From the NCBI RefSeq assembly GCF_018350175.1, contig NC_058368.1, positions 7,812,001 to 7,876,000 of the forward strand: a DNA stretch of 64,000 nt. Reading direction: 5' to 3'. Origin of the DNA: Felis catus (Eukaryota). The notes under the pieces are model-generated. The model saw nothing but the letters and a program-made list of their open reading frames with translations, did not search any database and was not told the DNA's origin. Positions within the stretch are counted from its first letter, which is position 1, and each line of letters starts with the position of its first letter. The translations under genes and the position numbers were made by a program. This document shows, in pieces, positions 49,248 to 60,900 of the stretch.

Positions 49248-51934
49248 TTTTTTCAACGTTTTTTATTTATTTTTGGGACAGAGAGAGACAGAGCATGAAC
49301 AGGGGAGGGGCAGAGAGAGAGGGAGACACAGAATCGGAAACAGGCTCCAGGCTCCGAGCCATCAGCCCAGAGCCCGACGCGGGGCTCGAACTCACGGACT
49401 GCGAGATCGTGACCTGGCTGAAGTCGGACACTTAACCGACTGCGCCACCCAGGCGCCCCTCTTGGTATATTTCTTTCCAGTCTTGGTTTTTTTGTTTTGT
49501 TTTGTTTTTTGGTCTCCTGTCACATTGTTTCCTTTTCTTTATATCATTTTTGTAGCATTGCATCTTTCATTTGTTATAAGTATTTTCCCCCTAACTTTTG
49601 TATTTTCTGGATATAATTTAATGACTCTCTTATTATAGCCCAGTGTGACTGTATATCATTTATGAAGTGATTTCCCTAAACAAATTTTTTTAAAAGGTAG
49701 GACTGCATGTTACTTAAGGAATTAATCTTCAAAATAAATTTTCAGGTAACATTTACTTTAATGGGATATTTTCTAATATGTATAGTTCCAGTACTTAAGA
49801 GAACCAAAATATTGTAATTATGCTCTAATAAATGTTTATTAGAGGGTAAATTGCTTCAGAGTCAAAGTAAGTAGGTCATCCATTTTGAGATGTTTGTTAA
49901 TTAACTAGGTATTTGGGTAAGGAAAATGTATGCATCATTTTCTTGTTTGGGGGCAGGGAAAAAGCATTGAAGTCTCTTAAAAAATTTTACTAATTGAAGT
50001 ACAGTTAACAAAGCATTGCATTTTTTACTGTAGTTTTTAATCTTTTAAAGATTTTCTTGACTCACATACTGAGAGAAATTAAGGAGGAAGAAAGATGTGA
50101 GTCCACGGTATATTCTCTTTCGGATTGTGACTCCTTTAAGGATTTGAATTGTGGACGAAATACTACTTTTGTTTACTTGTAACTTTGCTTTCTGACAGTT
50201 GGAAGAAGAAGGCTGTGGTTACATGGCTGTTTGGCATTAAAAATCGGGTCATATGGTGTGGTCATTTTTTTTTTCTTTTGCCGTGTCATCTTTAGACACA
50301 TACATAATTTTGTTGAAGGGGATGTGGTATAACTTTTCCTATAGATGGATATGGCTGTAGTTGTTCAAGTTTATTTTAGTAGTAGCACCTGTGAAATGAC
50401 TGTTGGCTTTAATTTATAGCTGGGTTTCTCAACCTCAGCCCTGTTGACATCTAGGGCTGGATAATTATTTTTGTGGGGGCTGTCTGTGCATTCGACAATA
50501 TTTAGCAGTGTCCCTGGCCTCTATCCTTTAGATGCCAGTAGCCGGCCCCTTCTCCAGTAGTGACACCAAAAATAGCTCCTCCCTACATTGCCAAATGTTT
50601 CCAGAGGGGCAAAATGGACCCCTGTTGAGAACCATGAATATTAGATTAGCACTCCTTTCCAGTTTTTTTTTTTTTTATCTTTATTTTTGGTGTTAACCGA
50701 CTCTTTGATACATTTTGAAATGTTTACATTTTCACACGAATCACTCCTTTTTCTGTTATTTAAAGGTATCGTTTGAATGCTAGTAATTTCCCTGGACATA
50801 GCATACGTCCTTTAATTTGTAGCAACTTCTACTCCAAGGCAATTCTCTAGTTTCCCTTTATAACTGTTAAAAGAAAAATTATAATTTTGAAGAGCTATAG
50901 ATGGAAGTCTAATGTTTTCTTACACTCTTTAACTTAGCACAAACTAAAAAATTTTGTATTGTAAGAAATATACTAATTTAGAAAATGGAAATAATAATCA
51001 TACCATACTATATAAGGGTTGTGATAAGAAGGAGCACCCTGGGTGGCTCGTTCGGTTGAACATCCAACTCTTGACTTTGGCTCAGGTCATGATCCTCATG
51101 GTTTGTGAGTTTGAGCCCCGCACTAGGCTCTGTGCTGACAGTGCGGAGCTTCCTTGGGATTCCGTCTCCCTCTCTCTCTCTGCCCCTCCCCTGCTTGCTC
51201 TCTGCCTCTCTCTCAAAATAAATAAAAATAAACTTTAAAAAAAAAGTTTGAAGTGAGGTAACGTGGGTAAAGTAACTCTGCTGCTGTTAACAGTATACGG
51301 GTAAAGACAGAATCTGGCTCAGAGCAAGCAAAACACTGTTGGCTATAAATACTGCTTTTCCTTATTACCACATTTATCAAATAGTTTTATTTAAACTCTT
51401 CATAGTCCTCTTTGATGATGTCTTGGCAGTTCTCACTAGCGCCACTTCGGACACTGTTTTTCAGATTGTACTATCTTTAATCTGTCTAAATTGAGGGAGA
51501 GCAACTTTTCAATTTTGTATTTGCTTTTCCTTGGAAACTTCATCCCAAGCCAGAAATTTTGCTATTTGTTATCTCCACAATTAACCATTTAACTGTGTTG
51601 CTTTTATGCCTGATTCACAAAAAATTTGTTTACAACCCTAAGAACACTTGAATTCAATTTATAAGGGGTCATATTCCCTGAAAGAATTAGAAAATCTGGG
51701 TTAAATTTATGTGGCTCCTTTTCCACTGATGTGTAAGGCTTAACAGTGACCCAGAAAATAGTATCAAGCAGCACTGAGGGGCACCTGGCTGGCTTAGTCG
51801 GTTGAGCATCTGACTCTTGATTTTGGCTCAGGTCATGATCCCGGGATTGTGGGATCGAGCCCCGCAGTGGCATTGGGCTCTCTGCCGACTTGGAGGCTGC
51901 TTAGGATTCTCTCTGTCTCTCTCTGTCTCTCTGT

Positions 51935-51968
<34 letters not shown>

Positions 51969-54900
51969 GTCTCTCTCTCATTACAAAAGAAGAGGAAGCA
52001 CTTAAACAAGAGTTGGTAGAATCAAAATGATTACTGTCATGGTAGATCAGATTATTTTGTGTTTCATTATTAGACATAAGTGATATTCAGGTTTTTACGT
52101 TTATATTTTTATGAGTCGGATGTCATCCTAACTGACATGGCTGTAAGAGAGGAGACGAGCAGTTTAAGGAGAATAAGAAAACATTCAGCATCAATGATAG
52201 TAGAGGCTTTTATTTTTCTTTCAAGGCATAGAATGAGCAGTTTTCACCTGCCTGAACAATAACATAGGCCGGGATTATCCACATTTTAAGTAAAATAATA
52301 ATATCCATCATTCCTGTTTTTAATCAGAATTTACATTTATTTGGTTCACATTAAATATAAATCCTTTAATTTTCTTTATTGTTCAGTAATTACAAGGTTC
52401 ACAGAAAACATTTCAGTGAGAGTTGTGCTGCTGCTGACAGCATAAAGGTATAATCTCATGAATAGGAAGTTGGGGGTCTGTTCTTACTAACAGACTGAAC
52501 TTAAATTTTTTATGTGTATATATATATATTGAAAAGTTGTGCCATGATGCATGGATTTTCTTTGTTAATTTTGGTTCGACTTCTTTAGTCTTTTAGTTGG
52601 TTACTTAAAAGGTGTCCTTTTTTATTTATTTGCTGTATAGGTCAACATGATGGACCATTACCCAGACAGCATGCCGGATTATTGCCAGAATCTCTTATTT
52701 GGGCCTATATTGTCCAACTGAGTTCTGCGTTGCGTACCATTCACACAGCAGGTTTGGCGTGTCGAGTTATGGACCCAACAAAGATTCTGATAACTGGCAA
52801 AACAAGGTACCACCATTTTGAGTTTTGGCTTCTTCATTGAGCATCTAACCTGTGACAGTTTAGTAAACAAAGCATGATGATTTGTTTAATTCTACGTTTT
52901 CGTATATTCCATCCAGAAGAACTGCTGTGACTTTGAGTCCATTTGTAAGTTAAAAAAAAAAAAAAAAAGCTGAATTCTTAAGAATACAATGCCTGGTCAT
53001 TAACCAGGAATCATGTAAAAGTTTGGGACGTATACATAGTTAGGGTCAGGGGCTGGATGTAGAAGTGATATCAGTATACCTTTTCTATGTACAACTGTGG
53101 TTCTCCGATTGTAGCATGAAACAGAATTGCCTGGAGGGCTCATTAATAAGCACACGTGATGGGGCTCCACTCCCAGAGTTCTCCTTCAGTGAATCTGAAG
53201 TGCGGCCTGAGAATTTATATTTCCATCAAGTTCTCATGTGATACTGTTGCTGCTCATTGGGTCCAGTGCTTTGAGGACCACTGATGCCAAGTTAAGGAGC
53301 ACAGCCCTTGACTTCACCAGAGTTTTATTTGAGTTGCTGTGATTTTGAGACTTCTCTTGGACAGCATAACACAAAGAGCTCAAGGTCTGGTACCTGGTTA
53401 GCCAGGTTCATCATACCGAGTCTCCTTAGTTGCTGTCTGTATGATCCTGAGCAAATTCTGTAACTTCTGTGTGTGCAGCAACCATAGAAGACTATTGGTA
53501 TCTCTACTTTCCACACTTCCAAGGTACCTGTGTCGTAAGATTATTGAGAGGATTAAATGACTAATACATGTAAAACTGAATGATCAATACACATGAATGG
53601 TGCCTAATACATCTTCAGTAAATGTTAGAAAGCTAATTAGTTCTCTTTCGTGAATCACTGATAAAGTAGCAGCTATGTGTGGTGAAAAGACCACTCGCCT
53701 GGTAGTCGAAGGTGTCACAGTCCAGTCCTGGCCTTATCAGTTACTGACTTCTACACCCATAGGCCTATCGCTTGGTATCTGTGAGCCTTAATTTCCTCAT
53801 CTCTAAAATGGTGGTTGAAAGAGGTTATATGGGGGTAGGATAGGAGGTTAGACTAGATAAGATTCTGAGATCCTTCCTAATATAGGAAATGCTGAACTTT
53901 TTTAAAATCTCAGTTTAATAATTTTGTTTAAATTCTCTGGTCTTTAAAGGTTGCGAGTAAATTGTGTTGGAGTTTTTGATGTTTTAACATTTGATAACAG
54001 TCAGAATAATAATCCATTGGCATTAATGGCGCAGTACCAGGTGAGTAAGAGGGAACATGGACACTTAACAACTTCAGGCTTTTTTTCTAAGATTTTGTTT
54101 ATTTGGGGGTGGGGCTTTTAAGTCTAGATTTCAGTTTATTCTGGGGGTGTCTCTAGGTCAGCTTTGAACATGTATTTCTTAATCACTGCCGTGTGTAGTG
54201 CAGGGTCCTTATCAGTTGGAATGCAGAGAGTCAACGACAGTGTCAGAGACTAAGCGTTCAGAGGAAAGTATGTTTATGTGGTCGGGAAAGTCCTCAACAT
54301 AGGTTAAAACAGAGTAATTGGCGAATAGATCATATTCAGTGACATTTTACTTTTTTTTTCCACTTGTTTCATGTGTTAAAATCACAGCTGTTATTTTTAC
54401 TCTTAGATACTGTCCCACCACCAATCCACACATTTTAGAAATACTGTCAAAGGAATATTGTTGTATCGACATGTTCTCAATAATTTTTCTTTTGCGTACT
54501 CCCTTCTTTTACACGATCAGAATCTGGTTCTAGTCTAGTCATAATACTAGCATAGGTTTAGGCCCCTCTGTGTTCTTCGTCTTAGCTGTTCGTTCCATAC
54601 TTCTTGATAAATACAAGGTGTGAGAGAATAAGAGCCTGTCTCTGCAAGGAACGTCAAGTGTAGTTGCTTTTGCCTTAATTGCTCTGTGCAGGTGATGTGT
54701 ACATAAAGTAAATATTTCAGGTCATTTCGTCTGTATTGCAGTACTTCACATCTTTTTGGAGGATATGCAGCTGCCACTTGAAGACCGTATTATTCATTCT
54801 TTTTGTGTTAAGAAATTTTTGGTGTTTCTCAGCATTTACTAACCTTTAGAGGTCTGATATAAGGCAGAATCTCTTAATTATGTGGGAAGTCCAGGAGAAA

Positions 54901-57900
54901 AACACTTTACCTTTTCTTTACCCTTCTCGTTGCAACTTCTTTAGTTTAAATCTTTGAGAGATTTTAGTTCGCTGAATTATAAGCCAAAGTTTCTGAACAA
55001 AAAGGAAGAGACAGAATGAGAAGTAGAGTCTAAGTGATGCCTAGTGATCCAGTTCATGCGTAAACCTCTTTTGCCGCTGGCCCGGGGACAGTGTAGCCCC
55101 CGAGAGGTAGAGCCACACTCATCACGTTGAGCTGTATGGGTTGCAAGCGGACGTGACCCATCTTCCCCCCTCCCCCCAGCTAAACTGGGCGGCAGCCAAG
55201 CTGTCCTGGTTGGTAGCGCCATCTAGTGGGCGGCGCACAGAAGACTCTGACTGCTTTTTTCTGCCAGCAGCAGCTTTCTTCTGCCTCAGGGGGTTTGCTC
55301 TGTTCCTCTTTCTTTTCTAGGTGGTTCTTAGCTACTTTCCTTCTTCTGTCTTCCACCTAGTGCCTGACTGGCTCTGAACAATTTTCTTCTTGATCTCTGT
55401 GCTTCTAAGAGAGACTAAGTATTGGCTGTTAAAATATACATCCAGGAAAATTTTGGAGGAGAAATCAGACAACTGTTTGGAACTAGTCATCTAACTCTGT
55501 TGCAAGAATCTGGAAACCCCGTGTCGACATTAAAAGACGAAACACCTTGCCGTTTTGTTTTTTTACACGTTCAGCGTTACACTATGTCATTCTTGTCTCT
55601 TCTGAATAGAGTTCCTTTTTTTAAAAAAAAAATTTCTAGTATAAGGCTGGTTTGATTTTGGTTTTCTGTGAGTACTACAGCAGTATTATTTCCCATTTTT
55701 TCTTTGTAGAGGTACAGCGTTTCAGTTACATTAGTGACAGGTGGCTACCTTGAAAAACTCTTCTGAAGGAAAAGTAATCCCAGAGTCCCAAACAAACAAC
55801 TCTTCAGTAAGCACTTGGGGCAGTTGATTGGTCAGTTAGGAGCTGCCTCCTGCTTTCAACCATATGTGACAGCACTAAAAGCATATCTCAGGTTTTCTTC
55901 TTTTTCTTTTTTTTCCTTAATTTTTGGGGGGTGGGTTATGTATGTGTGGAAGATTTTTCACACAGCTTATATAGTAAGGTAAAGGAGAGAATTAAAGATA
56001 GTCCCAAGTGGGGGATTGTGATTTTACGGAGAAGAGGGTACGTGAGAAAGGAGTGCATTGTTTCTTGTAGTCTATTTTTCATAGTCTGTTTCAGACACGT
56101 GAATAGAGACTGACTTTCAGTAAAGTGGACATAAGTAGAGCCATAGATAGAATCAGAAAAATCAAGAAATCAAGAATCAGGAAGAAACTGAAAATGAGTG
56201 GGGGGAAAACCTCCAGAATTCAACAAATGGGGGGAAAAACCAGATGGAGGTAAGAAGCAAAATAACAAACGGAAAATTATTTAGCTGGCAAATAAGGAAA
56301 GGAGAGTTATTGGGCTTTTATGATGTTGAGCTCTCTTAATTTTAAGCAGGACGTCATTAACCTCTTACTTAAAAACAAATCCGTTGTAATTTAATCTGGA
56401 TTATGTGACCTGTAGACTTTATTGCTAAACGTGCGTATTCCACCTTGAGTCAGCTTTAGAAAGTGGTGGGATGCACTCAAAAATCAGATGTTCTTATTTT
56501 AAAAACCCATCCAGTCCTTCGGCTGTCTTGGACTTTTGTTTTCCTGGCTCATACTAGGGAATACCGGAATGTTCTAGGTGGGAGGTTTAGTTACAGCATC
56601 AATTGAGGGTGGAGCTAAACTGAAAATTCTGTTGTTTTAAGGGTTCGGGAGGCTGTGTGTTTGTTGGTACATGCTGCTCAGACACTTGATAAATAATAGC
56701 AACTTTCAGTTTGCTTTGCTGAGGATATTGGATTGAAACACTTAGAGAAATTTACAGTTTGCATTTACATGTACCAATTTGTCTTGACCAAGATTTTTAT
56801 GGTTTCATTACTATAACTTGGAATGTTTTACTCGATCCTGAGAATGACTGAGGGGAATCCTTCTTGAGTTCATTCATGGCAGTGCCCCTCCGAGAACAGA
56901 AATGATCGAACAGTAATAGTGCTCCCTCCCGTGCCACCCTACCTCCTCCCTTTCTGGGCTCCTAAGTCTGTACCACAAGTGAAGTTTTAAAAAGTTTCTT
57001 TGACATGAGTCCTTGGCATCTCTTACCACAATAGAGTCAAAGTAGTTTTTCTAATCTGTTTTTCCACTGATTATAATAGGGTCTCCTGTTCAGAGCGTCA
57101 AATTCACAAATGCTAGTACTGAATGAATTTTTGAATTTGAACTTTTTAATGTTAGTAATGGAGTTTGGCTTCTTTATACTTTCTTATTTGGGTAAAATGT
57201 TGAGGATAGCTGTAGAGTGCTAAAGTTTCATTAGTGACTGTCTTGAAATATTTGCCTGTTTTGCAACTATACTATGTATAAACATTCCACAAAACCAGTG
57301 GTTCTCCATCCTGACTTCATTATCAGAACTGTTGTGGAAGCTTTGAAAAACACTAATACCTAGATCTTAACCCAGACTAGTAATACCAGAATTGGAGTGA
57401 AGGGATAGCTACAGGGTTACTTCTTCTGTTTGATGTTTTTAAGCTCCTCAGGTGATTTTAATGTATGGCTAGCTTTGAAAACTCCTTTTACTAGACCAGT
57501 ATTCAGTAAATGTATCCAATATTTGAGATCAGGTCTCAGATTTTGAAGATTTACAGAAGTTTTCTGTCACAATTACTTCAAATGATTTTATTTAACTCGG
57601 AGCTATTCCATTCTCCTAGGCATAAAATTATTAATAGTTACCTGCCAAGAAGGGCCACTTGGGATAACCATTCTGTTTCCTGGAGTTAGACAGGTAATAG
57701 AGAGCTTACCTCAATGTAGCCAGCTATCTTTGAAAATCCTTTTACAGCAAAAGCCTCACAGTGGTAGTAAATCATAAAAAAATAGATAGGTAAATAGAGA
57801 AAGAAAAAGAAGAAAGAGAGAGAGGAAGAAAGAAAGAAAAGAAAAGAAAAGAAAGAAAAAGAAACCAGGTGGTTACAGAGCTCAAAGATCTGTTATAATG

Positions 57901-60900
57901 TGAGTAAAAATGGGCTATTTGGAAATAAGGGCAGATGGGATGTCATTGGGGTTGGCAGCATTCTCGATGTTCTAAAGAGAACATACCCTGAAATCAGGTA
58001 TTAGTTATGTTACATTCTGAATAATGGAATAACTTTTCTTCAAATAATTCTTCAAACTCCCACTGTATTTGGGGCATGATGGAAAGCGAGAGAGGGGCAT
58101 ATTATAGATTGTAATGATCGTAGTCAGGTGAATATGTGGTAACCAGCCTTAATAATAATGTCAGCTCTAGCTAAATAAATTTTTTTTTTTTAATTTTGAA
58201 GCAACAATTCTGTAGCTGGCATATGAATTGCTTAGAGTATAGCCCTAACTACATTTATCAGAATTACCTGGGTGCTTTAAAAATGTTGGGCCTGCTCCCC
58301 CAGACTTACCGAATGAGAATCTCTGGTAGAGAGGCTCGGGAAGCCCCTTCAAGCTCCCCTCCCCGGTGACTCTGAGCACCAATATTGGAGAGCCCTGTGC
58401 TGAGTTTTGCAGCTTCTTTGTAAAGGTGCTTTTTCCATACAGGCAGGAGTGTCACTGTGTTAAATTTGTACGTATGAAATAAAAATTAAAAGTTATATTT
58501 ATTCTTTCATGTCAGCAAGCAGATCTGATATCATTAGGAAAAGTTGTGTTGGCTTTGGCTTGCAACTCTTTGGCAGGAATTCAGCGAGAGAATTTACAGA
58601 AAGCCATGGAACTGGTGACAATCAACTACTCCTCTGACCTGAAGAATCTGATTCTGTAAGTTGTGATATACAATTAAACATATGTGATGATCGTAGGAGA
58701 TAAGACAGCTTTTTTCCACACAGGCCTTCTAATAGAGCTTCTATTTATTATTTTAGTTCCTACTGTTCAAAATCAGGCAAAACACAGTTAAACAACTTTT
58801 AATGTCTTTATTTTTATTGTTAAGTGTATATTTCCTTGAATAAATTCATGAACCAATGTGTTTAGTTACTGATGTTTTAAATGTTTGGTCAGAGGGTACC
58901 CACTGAGGTTGCATTGGTATTCACTAGCTACATATGACTTAGTTTAATTAAAATACAATAAAGTTAAAGAAATCAATCTTGCACTGGCCACATTTCAAGA
59001 GCTCAAAAGCTTCATGTGGCTTCTGGCTAATATATCCCATCATTTCAGAAAATTCTGTCAGACAGTGCTGCTCTAGAGAGTGGTTGTTCTCTTTGTGCGA
59101 GCTGTCATAAATAAGCCTCAGATGCAATCCAGTTACAGATTCTGTGGCCAAAAGAGCCATTACAGAAAGCATGGATGTCAGGGTCCCAGGCTTCTACTCC
59201 AGGATCTCTAGACTCCCAAGAAGTCCTTGAAATGCATTTGACTTAGGAGAGCCCCGCTGTGGACTCCTGTCACCGCAGGGGGACTCCTCCCTGTCTCAGA
59301 CGCATCTAACATCGGGGAATTCCAGAGGGTGGACCGCCATAATTCTTACTGTCATTAGAAGTGATTGCAGAGAACAGATGCTACGGTATCTCTCGAAATT
59401 TTTTCTGTTATGTTCTAGAAGCAGCTGGAGCATATCGGTCCTTTTCAGTGCCTTAGTTTTCAGCTGTTCCTTCTGATTTTTCTGTGTAGTCTTGGAGGAT
59501 TCAGTTTCTTTTTGGACTAGCTCCGGATACGAAATTGAGGGCTAGAGGATGGGGCTGTCCACTTGTACTTTGTTACGCTGGCATAAGTGTCGTGCTTGTG
59601 ACCGAGCACCGGAAGCCAGTGATTGCCTGCTTCCGGGGAATACTCACATGATTTCTCTTTCAAGTGAAAATATTTGTTTCACGTATTTTCACAGCAGCAA
59701 TTCCTAGCCTTCATTTGCAACATCTCAAAGTAGTAATCTCCAAACTTCCTTTTTAAAAAGTTGAGAGTAAAGGATATAAATGTTACAAACTAGCCAGCCA
59801 TACGTTAATAATTGTCAAAACGGGGCAAAGGGTACATGGACATTTGTTATACTGTTCTCTCTACTTTTATGAATGTTTGAAATTTTCCTGAATCAAAAGT
59901 AAATTAAAAAGCCATACTTGCATACTAAGTAACAACTTTATAGAGCGGTAAACCACGTATCAGGCACTTTCTAACTGATACAAAATGAATTTTCCCAATA
60001 ACCCTACAAGTTAGCTCCATTTTAGAGATGACAGAACTGAGGCTTAGAGAGGTAAAGTAACTTGCCAAAGTCACAAAGCTTGTAATAACTTGAAGTAGTT
60101 AGATGTAAATATGTCAGTAGTTACAGATAAATAGCTAAGGCATAGATTATCAACAGGAGGATTTTATTTAACAAAAGAACGCCTATCCTGTGCCAGACCC
60201 TGAAGATACCTTGAACAAGATGAACAAAACCCCCCAACTTCTGGAGCTTCCACCCTAATGGGGGGGAGGTAACAAACATGGAAACACGTAAGATGTTGGC
60301 AGGTAGCGATAAGTCCCCTGAAGAAAATGGGATAGAATTATAAGCAGAGAGTGCGAGAGCAGGAGGCTCCCGTCCCAAGGATGGTTAGGAAACGGCTCAC
60401 CTGTCAGAATAGGCAGTAATAGGTCATGATCATCTTTGTATTCTAGCAGGTCGCTTTTTGAAACGGATTTTTTTGTTTTTTGGGGGGTTTTTTTGGCCTC
60501 AGTTATAATGATAGGAGAAATTGGCCTCTTCTGATATATGTTAGTGCGTGACAGTTTTTCAGAAATAAATAGATGATGACAACTGGTAAATGACATTGTA
60601 GAGCAGAGGGCACCTTTCTAAAAAGTTGGAACCTTGTTTGAGCCCAGTGTGAGGCTCAAACCCACAAGATGTGGCATCATGACCTGAGCCGAAGTCGGAC
60701 GCTCAACCGACTGAGCCACCCAGGCGCCCCGACACAAATTATTTTGAAGAGCAAATGGAAAAATCTCTTCACCTACAGCCGCCCCCTATTTCACCCCTCC
60801 AAAAAAGCTTGTAACAGTCTTTTCGTGTCCCACTATTGTAAGGAAGGGTTTGAGAATGCAAATGGTGAAGTGTAACCCTACTCAACTTCCCGTTTTCATT

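Noticed and set aside
49153..49638. 161-aa ORF and similar SINE-overlapping ORFs (9196, 16784, 22896, 31427, 41809, 48881, 61004)
   Set aside because: Translations of Can-SINE bodies and microsatellites; recurring peptides such as GAPGWLS and [14 protein letters not shown] come from the repeat.
56150..56245. Short repeats (aatcaaga; tggggggaaaa twice)
   Set aside because: Low-complexity purine-rich slippage with no further structure.
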